A stretch of 64,000 nucleotides of DNA, from NCBI GenBank assembly GCA_040217195.1, contig JAVJNR010000003.1, positions 768,001 through 832,000 of the forward strand, read 5' to 3'. The notes under the pieces are model-generated. The model ran no database searches, was not told the DNA's origin, and saw only the letters and a list, made by a program, of their open reading frames with translations. The position numbers and the translations under genes were made by a program. Source of the DNA: Leptospiraceae bacterium. GTDB taxonomy: Bacteria; Spirochaetota; Leptospiria; Leptospirales; Leptonemataceae. Position 1 is the stretch's first letter; each line of letters starts with the position of its first letter. This document shows positions 19,676 to 30,512 of the stretch, one piece after another.

Positions 19676-20122
19676 CAAGGCTCGCAGAGCCGCCACTCTT
19701 CCCGGAGCTCACAAGCAAGGAGGCCTTGCCACAGACCGCCGTTCCGGAGCAACGGCCGGACAGGAAGTCCGCAAGGTCCGAAGGACCGCCATTCTTCCCG
19801 GAGCTCACAAGCAAGGAGGCCTTGCCACAGACCACCGTTCCGGAGCAACGGGCGGACAGGAAGTCCGCAAGGTCCGAAGGACCGCCACTTTTCCCGGAGC
19901 TCACAAGCCAGGAGGCCTTGCCACAGACCACCGTTCCGGCGCAACGGGCGGACAGGAAGTCCGCAAGGCTCGCAGAGCCGCCACTCTTCCCGGAGCTCAA
20001 AAGCAAGGAGGCCTTGCGGCAGACCACCGTTCCGGAGGAACGGGCGGACAGGAAGTCCGCAAGGTCCGAAGGACCGCCATTCTTCCGGGAGGTCGCAAGC
20101 CAGGAGGGCTTGCGAAAGACCA
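19676..20122. repeat. tandem array of 96-bp multi-hairpin units (4 full + 1 partial)
   Basis: Units start at 19676, 19772, 19868, 19964 and 20060, exactly 96 bp apart; each holds four short inverted repeats. Confidence 0.95.
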
Positions 20123-20141
20123 ACTCTAAAAAAGACTTCCC

Positions 20142-20726
20142 ATGCTTGCCGAGCTCTTGAATTGTCACGCTGTGCGCCCCCTACCTGAAGTGCATAGCAC
20201 AGAATCGATTTCGGCTTTGTTAGAACAGTGCGAGTCCATTCAAAAGGCTGTGGAGACCTTTATCCGAGAGATACCTCTGGAGTATTTGAATGAGCAGGGT
20301 TATCCTGAAGGATGGAGTCCGGCTCGCAACATCAAACATGTAGGCAACAGCCTGACTCTATTTTCCAAGTTCATAGGGGCCCCGGCCTGGTTTATAGCTC
20401 TATTCGGAAAGGCGAAAGCCTCCATGCCACCCATTGAATCAGTGCGGCCCACCAATCGTCCGCCCAGGTACGATTACGGAACCTATAAGCCCGGCAAGCC
20501 CTGCACGGAAGAAAAGAGGGAGGCCCTAATCCAGGGGCTGGCCCGAAGTTTCGAACGGTTCAAAAAATCCCTGCAGAAGCGCAATGAAGAAGAAATGGAC
20601 CGCCGAAAAGGGCTCTTTGGGGGCATGAGCCTGCGACTATTTGCTCATTTTGTGCTCAAACATACGGTTTTTCATCTTCAGGTGGTCCGGACCCGCCTTC
20701 AGACAGCCTCAGAATTGGCCGGCTGA
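20142..20726 (+). CDS. DinB/YfiT-family protein
   Basis: GWSPARNIKHV and FVLKHTVFHL His motifs of the DinB four-helix fold. Confidence 0.8.
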   Translation: MLAELLNCHAVRPLPEVHSTESISALLEQCESIQKAVETFIREIPLEYLNEQGYPEGWSPARNIKHVGNSLTLFSKFIGAPAWFIALFGKAKASMPPIESVRPTNRPPRYDYGTYKPGKPCTEEKREALIQGLARSFERFKKSLQKRNEEEMDRRKGLFGGMSLRLFAHFVLKHTVFHLQVVRTRLQTASELAG

Positions 20727-20812
20727 GGCCCGAATTCAGATCAGATTCTTCATCTTAAATAGTACTTGCCCGAGCCCGGCCTGAGTTCGTTCTTTCTGGA
20801 TAGGGAGCGGAT

Positions 20813-22264
20813 ATGTCGACAGAATTAATAGATAGAACCGATCAGAATGAACCAGCTTTTTACGAGGCCGATGGGTTTCCCCGAGGTCTGAACCGAAAGG
20901 TGGTAGAATCCATTTCCCACATCAAGAATGAACCGGGATGGCTTACCGAATTCAGGCTTCAGGCCCTGGAAACATTTCAGTCCAAACCCATGCCAACCTG
21001 GGGCTTTATTCCTCAGTTCAACATCAACCTGGAAGACTACATTCACTACGTAGGCTCGAATAAGAAAAAGAAAAAGTCCTGGGATGAAGTGGATCCGGAT
21101 GTACTGGAAAGTTTTGAAAGACTGGGCATTCCAGAACATGAACGAAGATACCTGGCCGGCCTGGAAGCGATGAACGATTCAGAGACGGTCTATGCCAACG
21201 TTAAGAAAGAACTGGAAGACCTGGATATTATCTTCTGCGATATAGATACAGCCATCCGGGAGTATCCTGAACTTGTTAAGAAGTACCTTGGCTCAGTAGT
21301 AACTCCAGATGATAACAAATTTGCTGCATTGAATAGTGCCGTTTTTAGTGGAGGCTCTTTTGCTTACTGTCCTCCAGGAGTAAAAACTCCCATGCCCTTG
21401 CAGGCCTATTTCAAGGTTACGGCTGCCAGCTCGGGACAATATGAGCGAACTCTATTGATTGCAGATGAAGGAGCGGAAATCGTCTACAGCGAAGGATGCA
21501 CCTCATTGCAAGATGCAGGTACGAACTTCCATACGGCTGTCGTAGAACTTGTAGCTCTTGAGAAATCTAGAATCCATTATACAACAATCCAGAACTGGAA
21601 AAAGAATATGTATAACTGGACTGTGAAGCGTGGCCTGGCAGAAAAGGAAGCGCATATCACATGGACTGATGTCAACATTGGCGCTCAGACTATGAAGTAT
21701 CCGGGAATTATTCTCAAGGGAGATAGATCCACCGGTGACATTCTATCCCTGGCTTTTGCAGGCTCCAATCAAATCCAGGACACAGGTGCCAGGGTAATTC
21801 ATGTTGGAAAAGATACCAGGTCCAATGTACTGGCCAAAGGCGTTTCCCTGGACGGAGGAATCAACTCCTACAGAGGCCTTGTAAAGTTTGACAAATCAGC
21901 CACCGGAGCCTTCAGTCATGTTAAATGCGATGGCTTGATGATGGATGATAGAAGTCAGTCCCATGCATATCCTTACAATGATGTGGCCGGCGCCGATGGT
22001 TCTTTGAACTACGAGGCTACCGTTTCCAAGATCGATGAGGACATGCTCTTTTATCTGCAATGTCGAGGTCTCAACGAAGATGAAGCGAAGCTTCTTATCG
22101 TAAACGGTTTCTGCGACGGTGTGGTCAGGGATCTTAACGTTGAATACTCGGTAGAAATGAGTCGGCTTATTCGAATGATTCTTGAGGATGGAAAAGCCAT
22201 CGAAAGAAAGGATCAGAAAAAACAGGAAGTGCCTCAGGCCTCCGTGTCCGGGCCAGCCTGTTAA
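20813..22264 (+). CDS. sufB: Fe-S cluster assembly protein SufB
   Basis: [44 protein letters not shown] and EATVSKI motifs. Confidence 0.97.
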   Translation: MSTELIDRTDQNEPAFYEADGFPRGLNRKVVESISHIKNEPGWLTEFRLQALETFQSKPMPTWGFIPQFNINLEDYIHYVGSNKKKKKSWDEVDPDVLESFERLGIPEHERRYLAGLEAMNDSETVYANVKKELEDLDIIFCDIDTAIREYPELVKKYLGSVVTPDDNKFAALNSAVFSGGSFAYCPPGVKTPMPLQAYFKVTAASSGQYERTLLIADEGAEIVYSEGCTSLQDAGTNFHTAVVELVALEKSRIHYTTIQNWKKNMYNWTVKRGLAEKEAHITWTDVNIGAQTMKYPGIILKGDRSTGDILSLAFAGSNQIQDTGARVIHVGKDTRSNVLAKGVSLDGGINSYRGLVKFDKSATGAFSHVKCDGLMMDDRSQSHAYPYNDVAGADGSLNYEATVSKIDEDMLFYLQCRGLNEDEAKLLIVNGFCDGVVRDLNVEYSVEMSRLIRMILEDGKAIERKDQKKQEVPQASVSGPAC

Positions 22265-22375
22265 AGCGTTTCTATTCCGGTCAGTACCGTGACCGGATCA
22301 TACTTGCAGACGCTAAATGCATAAAATCAGCCGGTACAGCCATGCTGGCCGGCGAATTATTTTAAGGAAAAAAAT

Positions 22376-23137
22376 ATGACTGCAATCATAGAGATTAAAG
22401 ACCTTCATGTTGAGGTCGAAGAGACAGAAATTTTAAAAGGTGTAAACCTTTCTATCCCTGCCGGGGAGATTCATGCTATAATGGGGCCCAATGGTTCAGG
22501 CAAGAGTACTCTTTCCAATGCAATCATGGGGCATCCCAACTATAAGATTACTGGCGGAGACATCCTATTCAAAGGAGAATCCATTCTAGGATGGTCCACC
22601 GATGAAAGAGCTCGTAAAGGTCTTTTCCTTTGTTTCCAGTATCCCACGGCCATCCCCGGCGTTACAGTGACTAACTTCCTTCGTAATGTCTTGAAGAATG
22701 TTCGAGGCAAGGATGTGCCGGTTCGGGAATTTCGCACGGAAGTCAAGCAGGCCATGGAAGAACTGCAGATGGATTCCAATTTCATGGGACGATATGTAAA
22801 CGATGGATTCTCCGGCGGGGAGAAAAAGAGAAATGAAATCCTGCAAATGAGCCTGATGAAACCAGGGCTGGCCATTCTAGATGAGGTGGACTCCGGACTT
22901 GATATTGATGCACTACGAATCATCGCCCAGAATATTGAGAAACAGAACAACCAGGATCGATCCATGCTGGTAATCACCCACTATCAGAGAATCCTGAACT
23001 ATTTATCCCTGGATAAGGTACATATCTTTCTGGATGGACGGGTGCAGACCAGCGGTGGTCCTGAACTCGCCGAGCGTCTGGAAAAAGAAGGTTATGACTG
23101 GGTAAGCAAAGCCGCTGCTGCCGGAGGCAATGCATGA
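22376..23137 (+). CDS. sufC: Fe-S assembly ATPase SufC
   Basis: [33 protein letters not shown] and ITHYQR motifs. Confidence 0.97.
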   Translation: MTAIIEIKDLHVEVEETEILKGVNLSIPAGEIHAIMGPNGSGKSTLSNAIMGHPNYKITGGDILFKGESILGWSTDERARKGLFLCFQYPTAIPGVTVTNFLRNVLKNVRGKDVPVREFRTEVKQAMEELQMDSNFMGRYVNDGFSGGEKKRNEILQMSLMKPGLAILDEVDSGLDIDALRIIAQNIEKQNNQDRSMLVITHYQRILNYLSLDKVHIFLDGRVQTSGGPELAERLEKEGYDWVSKAAAAGGNA

Positions 23138-24339
23138 GCGGGGTCGCCCAGATCCAGAACGAAGCCATAAATGCATTAAAAGCCGGTACGGAGAATTTGC
23201 CCGATCGGTCCAGCGAGCAATGGCGCAAGGTTCGCCTGGATGGAGTTGATGTTTTCTCTCGAAAGCCTGGAGAATTCAGCTTTGACCTGGCCTACAGCAA
23301 GGAATCCGGCGTTCCTCTGAATAGCTACAGCGAATTGCCCTCCCCGGCAAAGGGAGCGCAGACAAGCTACGAACAGGCAGGAATGAAGATTCTTGAGCCC
23401 GGCGAAGGAACCTTTGGTCAACATTGGTCCTGGCTAATAAATCGTGCTCGAGACACCAGAGATCCATTCGAATTAACTACACTTGGCTATGGACAGCCAG
23501 TGGGATTGCACATCCAGCAGGACATTGCATTACGAATTCGCTATGAGGCCGGCCAAGGTAATCTGTACCTACCATCCATTTACATAAAGGTGGACCCGGA
23601 CAAAGAACTGGATTTGTACATTGAATATTCCGATCCCAACGGGAACTCCGAAGAGCTGGGACGTATGTGGAGCAGCACTACTTTTATTGATGCCGGGAAC
23701 AATGCTCGAGTGCGAATTGTAGACAGCAGAAAACATGATGATCTTAGCTTTCACTTTCATCGACTGGATGTAGTTGAAGGTCGGGACAGCAATGTGCACT
23801 ATTGTGCCGTACATCGCGGTGGATTGACCGGAAAGGGCTTTGTTCGCACTAGAGCGATAGAAAAAGGAGCCTTCTTTCGCGGAATAGGATTGTACACCGG
23901 ACGTTCCGCTCAGCTGCATGATATGGAAATGGAAATCAGCCATGAGGCAGACCATTGCGTCAGCACTTTGCTCTACAAGACAGTGCTCCGCGACAGAGCT
24001 CACAGTATTTTCAATGGTTCCCTGGTGGCGCCGCCTCATATCAAACAGGTAGACTCCCATCAGACCAACAATAACATACTACTAAGCAAGAAGGCAAGGG
24101 CTGAGTCCATGCCAAGATTGATTATTCAATCGGAAGATGTTTCCTGCGAACACGGAGCTACAGTGGGTGACCTGGATGAACAGGCACTATTCTTTCTGCA
24201 GTGCAGAGGAATTCCTCTGGAGGAAGCTAGACGCATCCTGATTGAAGGATTCATGGAAGAAATTCTCTCCGAATTACGAATGACCGAAGAAGATCTTGCC
24301 AGCATGCGCGATGAACTGTTTCCAATACTCCAGAGTTAA
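23134..24339 (+). CDS. sufD: Fe-S assembly protein SufD
   Basis: C-terminal [39 protein letters not shown] overlap with sufC. Confidence 0.92.
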   Translation: MSGVAQIQNEAINALKAGTENLPDRSSEQWRKVRLDGVDVFSRKPGEFSFDLAYSKESGVPLNSYSELPSPAKGAQTSYEQAGMKILEPGEGTFGQHWSWLINRARDTRDPFELTTLGYGQPVGLHIQQDIALRIRYEAGQGNLYLPSIYIKVDPDKELDLYIEYSDPNGNSEELGRMWSSTTFIDAGNNARVRIVDSRKHDDLSFHFHRLDVVEGRDSNVHYCAVHRGGLTGKGFVRTRAIEKGAFFRGIGLYTGRSAQLHDMEMEISHEADHCVSTLLYKTVLRDRAHSIFNGSLVAPPHIKQVDSHQTNNNILLSKKARAESMPRLIIQSEDVSCEHGATVGDLDEQALFFLQCRGIPLEEARRILIEGFMEEILSELRMTEEDLASMRDELFPILQS

Positions 24340-24455
24340 ATCCACAGAACTCGAATTTTCCGTGCTGAGCTCAGGCCGGTTGGGCCGTCGTCCATACCGG
24401 CCACTTGCCTGGTCGCTACGGGAATAGAAGAAACAATTCCGCAACAGGAGAGAAC

Positions 24456-24764
24456 ATGGCTGAAAAACTGGCCTCAGAATCAGAAATCAAAGAAGGTGAA
24501 GTGTTCACCTGTAATACCAGGATTGGCAGGGTGGCCCTGACTCGGTTGAACGGTAAGATCTGCGCCTTTGAGAACACCTGCACTCATGATGGAGGCCCCT
24601 TGAATGGGGGCACTCTGGACGGAAATGAAATCGTATGCCCCAGGCATGGAGCCAGGTTTAACGTTGAATCCGGGGAGGCCACCCGGATGCCGGCCACGGA
24701 AAGTATTGAGATTTATCCTGTGGAAGTGGAGAACGGAGAGGTCATGGTAGATTTGGACGCCTAG
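24456..24764 (+). CDS. Rieske-type ferredoxin
   Basis: CTHDG and CPRHGARF Rieske ligands; AGGAG RBS. Confidence 0.93.
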   Translation: MAEKLASESEIKEGEVFTCNTRIGRVALTRLNGKICAFENTCTHDGGPLNGGTLDGNEIVCPRHGARFNVESGEATRMPATESIEIYPVEVENGEVMVDLDA

Positions 24765-24915
24765 AAGGCCTGGAACCAGACCAGATTACCACTCAAATCC
24801 AGCCCGAAAGGCCGGAGGCTCAGGTCAGTAGCTTTGCCGACAAAAACACTGGCAAGGCAGGGTGCTGGCTATTTTTTTACCGGAGAAAGGTTTCGTACCG
24901 GGAGATTGGCATTCC

Positions 24916-26187
24916 ATGTCGGGAAAATTACTGGATTATCAAAAAATTAAAGAGGACTTCCCCATTCTGTCCAGCAAGATGAATGGGCAGCCGCTGGTAT
25001 TTCTGGATAGCGCCGCCAGCTCCCAGAAACCACGGCGAGTCATTGAAGCCTTTGAAGATTATTACCGCTGCAGAAATGCAAACATCCACCGAGGTGCCTA
25101 TCGACTGAGTTATGAGGCCACAGACCTCTATGATCGAACAAGGGCCAGACTGGCCAAATTCATAGGCGCATCGGATCCAGACACAGTAATCTTCACACGA
25201 AACACTACCGAAGGACTTAACATTGTAGCCTATAGCTGGGCCATGAATGAACTAAAGCCCGGCGATGAGATACTGGTAAGCGAATTGGAACATCATTCCA
25301 ATCTGGTACCCTGGATGATGGCCGCCCGAAAAACCGGGGCTGTGATTCGTCATATTCCATTGACTGAAGATGCACGCTACGATCTGACTCGGCTACCTGA
25401 AGTAATTAGCAATCGCACTCGAATCGTATCCGTTGCCCATATGTCCAATGCAGTGGGTACCATTCATGACCTGCAGGCTATTGGCAAGGCCGCCAGAGCA
25501 GCCGGAGCGTTGTTTGTTGTAGATGGTGCTCAGGGCGCCTGTCATTTGAATGTAAATGTAGAAGAGCTTGATTGTGATTTCTATGCATTGAGTGCGCATA
25601 AGATGCTGGGGCCCACAGGTGTGGGAGCGCTATACGGCAAGCGCGATATCCTGGAGAATATGGAACCCTTTCTGGGCGGCGGCGATATGATCCTTACGGT
25701 TTCTGCGGATTCCTTCAAGCCTGCACCCCTGCCCATGAAATTCGAAGCAGGTACACCGAACATCGCAGGCGTGGTTGCTTTTTCGGTGGCTCTGGACTAT
25801 TTAAGTCAGGTAGGTCTGGAGAATATTCACAATCATGAAGTGGCTCTTCTGGAATATGGCCTGGATGCAATGAAGAAGATTCCCGGCATCCGGCTGTTCG
25901 GTAGCCAGGAGTTAGAACATCGAGGGGGAGTCATAAGCTTTCTTCTGGAGGGTGTGCATCCCCACGATATAGGCAGTATCCTGGATGAAGAAGGGGTAGC
26001 GGTCCGGGCAGGTCATCATTGCTGCGAACCATTCATGAAAAAAGAAGGCATATCCGGTACAGTGCGAGCCAGCTTTTATCTATACAATGGACCGGAGGAT
26101 GTGGATGCACTGGTGAATGCACTACTCAAGGTGCGAAGCATCTTCAAAATGCCTGCGAACAAAGTGCCTGGACCGGCACAGAGGTAA
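24916..26187 (+). CDS. sufS: cysteine desulfurase SufS
   Basis: FLDSAASSQKP, EHHSN, SAHKMLGPTG, FEAGTP and VRAGHHC motifs. Confidence 0.96.
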   Translation: MSGKLLDYQKIKEDFPILSSKMNGQPLVFLDSAASSQKPRRVIEAFEDYYRCRNANIHRGAYRLSYEATDLYDRTRARLAKFIGASDPDTVIFTRNTTEGLNIVAYSWAMNELKPGDEILVSELEHHSNLVPWMMAARKTGAVIRHIPLTEDARYDLTRLPEVISNRTRIVSVAHMSNAVGTIHDLQAIGKAARAAGALFVVDGAQGACHLNVNVEELDCDFYALSAHKMLGPTGVGALYGKRDILENMEPFLGGGDMILTVSADSFKPAPLPMKFEAGTPNIAGVVAFSVALDYLSQVGLENIHNHEVALLEYGLDAMKKIPGIRLFGSQELEHRGGVISFLLEGVHPHDIGSILDEEGVAVRAGHHCCEPFMKKEGISGTVRASFYLYNGPEDVDALVNALLKVRSIFKMPANKVPGPAQR

Positions 26188-26190
26188 AAA

Positions 26191-26628
26191 ATGTCCCTGA
26201 GCGAAGATCTATACAAAGAGTTAATAATTGAACACAGCCAGGAACCATCCCACCGGGATATTCCTGCAGACCATAATTTACACGAATCTGGAGTAAATCG
26301 TAGCTGCGGTGATGAGGTTGAGGTATATCTCAAAGTAGAAGATGGGGTGATCAAATCCATCGGCATGGGAGGGCATGGCTGCAGCATCTCCACAGCATCT
26401 GGATCCATGATGGCCGATGCAGTGGACGGTATGACCGTGGAGCAGGCCGAAGATCTGATTGAGAAATTCAAATCCATGATCGTGGAAAAGCATCAGATAG
26501 ATTTTCCCGATGGACTGGAAGATCTGGAAGCACTTCGCGGAGTACAGCAATACCCAATCCGAGTCAAATGTGCCACTCTTGCCTGGAATGCCCTGGAGCA
26601 AGCCCTCCAGAACGCCGGTAAATTGTAA
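26191..26628 (+). CDS. sufU: SUF sulfur-transfer protein SufU
   Basis: NRSCGD, GCSIS and RVKCATLAW motifs; follows sufS. Confidence 0.94.
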   Translation: MSLSEDLYKELIIEHSQEPSHRDIPADHNLHESGVNRSCGDEVEVYLKVEDGVIKSIGMGGHGCSISTASGSMMADAVDGMTVEQAEDLIEKFKSMIVEKHQIDFPDGLEDLEALRGVQQYPIRVKCATLAWNALEQALQNAGKL

Positions 26629-26728
26629 TACTGTACCTGGAGACTGGCATCGCAGCCATTGGCTTTGAATTCGGGCACCGTTGGGCTTTGCACTTGCATT
26701 TACAGCCCGGATACCGAAAACTCGCAGG

Positions 26729-27802
26729 ATGTTAAGACGGGCAGGCCTGGGACTGGCAGTAACGCTGGTACTATATTTCTCTCATTGCGCAACCACCACA
26801 ACTCTACCGGAAGGCCGAGTATTTCATCCGGTTACGGAAGACGGTTATCCGCTCACTCTGGAGCATTTTCCGGCCAGTGCTCAGGCACCTTCTCGCAAGT
26901 TTCCCGTAATCCTCTGTCATGGTTTCATGGCCAGCCGTAAATACTTCAAGATGAATGGAAGCCGGTCTCTGGCAATGGAGCTTCAAAAGCAGGGCTATGA
27001 TGTCTGGTTGCTGGATTTAAGGGGCCGTCCGGACGCTGGCTCCCCTTCTGTCTTTTTTGGTGATTACACCTACGACTATAATATGGATGATTACATTCAT
27101 CGCGATATGGATACGGCCATCTCATTCGTCCTGGAACAAACCGGCCGCAACGGAGTGAACTGGATAGGTCATAGCATGGGCGGTATGATTGCCTATGCAA
27201 GAATCGGTACCCTGAACGAAAGTAGAATCAAGAATCTAATAACCCTGGGCTCTCCTTTTCTTTTTCAGACTCCCACCAAGAATCTTAACACCTGGAATAC
27301 ACTTGGTATGTGCTCCTTCATGCTTCCTGTACTTCCCATGGGAAACCTGGCACGAATGGAAAGGCATAGTTGCATATCCCTTTCACCCGATAAATATCTG
27401 ATGAATATGTTCTGGTATCCGGAGAATTTACCAGAAGGCATGCTGGACGATATGAAAGTGCATGTTGCCAATAACATTGCCATTGGCGTAGCAGACCAAT
27501 TTGCAGATGCCGTAGAAACCGGCGATGTGCGAAGCGAAGATGGACAATTGAATTATACCCAGAACCTGAAAAGAATTCGCATACCCGTGATGATTGTCGG
27601 TGGCCGACGGGATCACCTGGGGTCTCCCTATATGCTGCGAAGAATCTATGAATCTCTGGGCAGCTCCGATAAGACTTTGTTTATCGCTGCTCGCTCCAAT
27701 GGCCAGCAGGAGGATTATGGTCATACGGATCTATTCGTAGGAATCAACGCTCATGAAGATGTGATCCCCGCAGTAACGGAGTGGCTCAATGAAAGAAATT
27801 AG
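26729..27802 (+). CDS. alpha/beta hydrolase (lipase-like) lipoprotein
   Basis: ILCHGF, GYDVWLLDLRG, GHSMGG nucleophile elbow, DYGHTDL; YFSHC lipobox. Confidence 0.88.
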   Translation: MLRRAGLGLAVTLVLYFSHCATTTTLPEGRVFHPVTEDGYPLTLEHFPASAQAPSRKFPVILCHGFMASRKYFKMNGSRSLAMELQKQGYDVWLLDLRGRPDAGSPSVFFGDYTYDYNMDDYIHRDMDTAISFVLEQTGRNGVNWIGHSMGGMIAYARIGTLNESRIKNLITLGSPFLFQTPTKNLNTWNTLGMCSFMLPVLPMGNLARMERHSCISLSPDKYLMNMFWYPENLPEGMLDDMKVHVANNIAIGVADQFADAVETGDVRSEDGQLNYTQNLKRIRIPVMIVGGRRDHLGSPYMLRRIYESLGSSDKTLFIAARSNGQQEDYGHTDLFVGINAHEDVIPAVTEWLNERN

Positions 27803-28823
27803 AGGCTGGTTTTCAGTGAAAACTCAACAAATAATCATACCTCTGCTTCTATTCCTCAGCGCTGCACCTGTGATCGCAGAAAGAAATCCAATGGGCTTTC
27901 CCGAAGATGGAATTACAGCCACTCGAATCGCAGAAACCGATAAGCTCACCGTCTTTCGCCTGGGTGCTCTGCAAAAAGGTCAGGACTCAGTGGCATTGCT
28001 CGACCCCATGCTCTTTCAACCGGGCATCCTTGCCAGAGAAGACGGATTGATTCAATCTCTACTGGATGATGATCTGAATGTATATCTACTTATGTGGAAA
28101 TCTCCCGGTGATAGTATCCAGACTGTATTAATGGGAGCAGAGATCGAAAAGGCCGTTTCCATGGCACGAACAGACTGCGAATGTTCGGATTTTGTTGCCG
28201 GAGGAATCTCTCTGGGTGGTCAGCGCTGGTTACCCTATCTGGAGCGATTGGAGAGTTCCGACGATATAATGGTCGATAACAGAGGAACTCGAATCCGCTC
28301 TGTATTTTTTCTGGGAGCCGGGCTGGATTATTCCTATCCAGGTTCCCTTTACACAGGAAACCGATATCCCATAAATACGGATCTCTCCCAGAATTGCATG
28401 GATCTGGGAGCGCCCTGTCTGGGCTTCATTCCAGGCAGGCACTTTAAGGCCGGACTGAGGCTCAGAGCCATTCCCCCTGCCCTGGCCCCGGGAGATCTAA
28501 GTACCGCTCGAATGTTTCCCTCAATACGAAGGATGACCATTCCTGTTGCATTTATCTACGGAAAGATCGATGGATTCAGCCCGGAGGAGACCCTGTTTCC
28601 CATCTTTGAAATCTGGGGAGAGACGACCTACTTACAGGAGGTTCGCAAGGAGTACGATCCCTATGATACGGAAAATCCGGTTATGTGGCTGGAAGGTAGT
28701 GAGGCAAACCGACTGAATGATTACGATCACTTCGATCTTTTCTTGCATCCGGATGCAGATGCTGAATTATACGGTGAATTAACCGATTGGATTGAAGATG
28801 CGGAGCGGAAATCAGATCATTAG
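27789..28823 (+). CDS. exported alpha/beta hydrolase-fold protein
   Basis: Signal peptide; GISLGG elbow, GKIDG, YDHFDLF. Confidence 0.75.
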   Translation: MKEIRGWFSVKTQQIIIPLLLFLSAAPVIAERNPMGFPEDGITATRIAETDKLTVFRLGALQKGQDSVALLDPMLFQPGILAREDGLIQSLLDDDLNVYLLMWKSPGDSIQTVLMGAEIEKAVSMARTDCECSDFVAGGISLGGQRWLPYLERLESSDDIMVDNRGTRIRSVFFLGAGLDYSYPGSLYTGNRYPINTDLSQNCMDLGAPCLGFIPGRHFKAGLRLRAIPPALAPGDLSTARMFPSIRRMTIPVAFIYGKIDGFSPEETLFPIFEIWGETTYLQEVRKEYDPYDTENPVMWLEGSEANRLNDYDHFDLFLHPDADAELYGELTDWIEDAERKSDH

Positions 28824-29589
28824 AGATGCTTTAAAGTCTGCGGAACTGGATGAGCAGCTTCAACAGCTAGTGTTTTCCAGTTCTCTGGAAGAAAAAGATC
28901 GCAATACCGTGCTCTCCTGGATTCGGGCGGTTAGAGATGAATGTTCGGCCGCACTGCGCAAAGCCCAGGATTACCAGGACCTGGTCAGCCGAATGAGCGA
29001 ATTCCAGCTTCGGGCCGGACTATTCGAACTTCTGGCCATTCGAGAACCTGGAAGGGCCAGAAAGCAGAAGCTACAGGGCGAACTGCTGGCCCATCTACAA
29101 TCCTACATACAGGAGCTGGTACAGACCGGAGAGGAATCATCCGAGCTCATGGGCTCTTTGCGAAAGCAGATGATGGCACTGATTCCAGCACTGAATTTCG
29201 CAGACCCGGTTGAAAATCCCAATGGACCTTTGCTGGTTGTAGAAACTGATTACAAACAGGACAGGTATCAGCTCTCCGAAGATGGAACGGTCTTACAGGA
29301 AACCAATCTGCAATCAGCCGATTCCGGCGAAGAGGATAAGGATGCACATGATTCGGATTCCATGGCAACCGTTGCCACTGAGAGCTCTGAAAGCCCTCAA
29401 ACTTCCGATTCGGATTCTGCAGATCATGAATTGCTTAAACTCAGGGCTGAGAATCAGGAGTTGAAGCAGAAACTGAACGATTTTCTGGAAGAATGGGGTG
29501 AAGGCATTCGCATTGACGGCAAGACAGTGAGTATTCTCACCCATCGAAAAATCATAGTAAAGAAATCATCCCGGGAACCCTCTGAGTGA
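28792..29589 (+). CDS. hypothetical coiled-coil protein
   Basis: 265-aa ORF with helical and acidic low-complexity segments; overlaps both neighbours. Confidence 0.7.
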   Translation: MKMRSGNQIIRDALKSAELDEQLQQLVFSSSLEEKDRNTVLSWIRAVRDECSAALRKAQDYQDLVSRMSEFQLRAGLFELLAIREPGRARKQKLQGELLAHLQSYIQELVQTGEESSELMGSLRKQMMALIPALNFADPVENPNGPLLVVETDYKQDRYQLSEDGTVLQETNLQSADSGEEDKDAHDSDSMATVATESSESPQTSDSDSADHELLKLRAENQELKQKLNDFLEEWGEGIRIDGKTVSILTHRKIIVKKSSREPSE

Positions 29590-30401
29590 ATCCAGATCTA
29601 CCGCCTCTCCTGCCACATCCTACCGAGAATCAAAGGAATCTTTACGTATTTCTTTCCAGTATGTTCGTTACCATGCTGGTGCTCACGAACATGCTGGGTA
29701 CCAAGCTATTCATTCTGTTTCCGAATTATGATCCTCTTTCCGTTGTTCTAACCTCAGGAATTGTCACATATCCTTTTACTTTCTGGCTCACCGATATAGT
29801 CTCTGAAACATTCGGAAAGAGAAAAGCGGATTTGATGGTTGTATACGGATTTGTGGCCAGCATGCTAATGCTTCTCATCCTGCAGATTGTACAGTCTTTG
29901 CCCCCGGCCGAAATATGGAGAATACCCCCTGAATTCGCAGAGACATTCGCAGACGAATTTCATTTAATAGGCCGCGACGGTCAGCTCCTTGGGGCCAGTT
30001 CCACTGCTGCTCAAACTGCATTCACTTTTACCTTCGATGCACCGGGATTGTTGCTTTTCGCTTCCATGCTTGCCTATCTGGCAGCGCAACTAACGGATAA
30101 TTACATGTTTCATTTCTGGCGGCGCTTGACCAAAGGGAAGCATCTATGGCTGCGAAATAATGGATCCACAGCTGTTTCTCAGCTACTGGATACCATCATA
30201 GTAAATAGTATTTTTTTGACTTTTTACTGGAAGATGCCCTACCTGGTCCCTACGGAAGATCAGCCAGTTACGGTGGTGCAAGTCATTATGACCACATACC
30301 TGGTGAAACTTGCACTGGCCCTTCTGGACACTCCTCTGATCTACGGAGGGATAATTTTCATTAAGAAGGCCTTTGGCCTGGCTCCCACGGCTCAGTCCTG
30401 A
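29586..30401 (+). CDS. queuosine precursor transporter (YhhQ/Vut_1 family)
   Basis: YPFTFWLTDIVSE, ASMLAYLAAQ, WLRNNGSTAVSQLLDT and ALLDTP motifs. Confidence 0.92.
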   Translation: MNPDLPPLLPHPTENQRNLYVFLSSMFVTMLVLTNMLGTKLFILFPNYDPLSVVLTSGIVTYPFTFWLTDIVSETFGKRKADLMVVYGFVASMLMLLILQIVQSLPPAEIWRIPPEFAETFADEFHLIGRDGQLLGASSTAAQTAFTFTFDAPGLLLFASMLAYLAAQLTDNYMFHFWRRLTKGKHLWLRNNGSTAVSQLLDTIIVNSIFLTFYWKMPYLVPTEDQPVTVVQVIMTTYLVKLALALLDTPLIYGGIIFIKKAFGLAPTAQS

Positions 30402-30512
30402 ATTTCATTCAGACTCATTCACCGGTCAGGTCCTGTTGCCAGCCCACCTCGGCATTGAAGTCTTAGCCTCAATGCCATCCGCTATGCTGGTCTCAGTTCC
30501 CGGGCTTTATTT

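Noticed and set aside
19676..20122. CRISPR, integron attC array or MITE
   Set aside because: No spacers or cassettes, no terminal inverted repeats or target duplication, and no integrase or transposase nearby
19626..20188. Five overlapping ORFs across the 96-bp array
   Set aside because: A GC-rich unit of length divisible by 3 keeps frames open trivially; variation between copies preserves base pairing rather than amino acids
22276..22353. Hairpins between sufB and sufC as terminators
   Set aside because: Inside an operon and without a proper U tract; more likely mRNA stability elements
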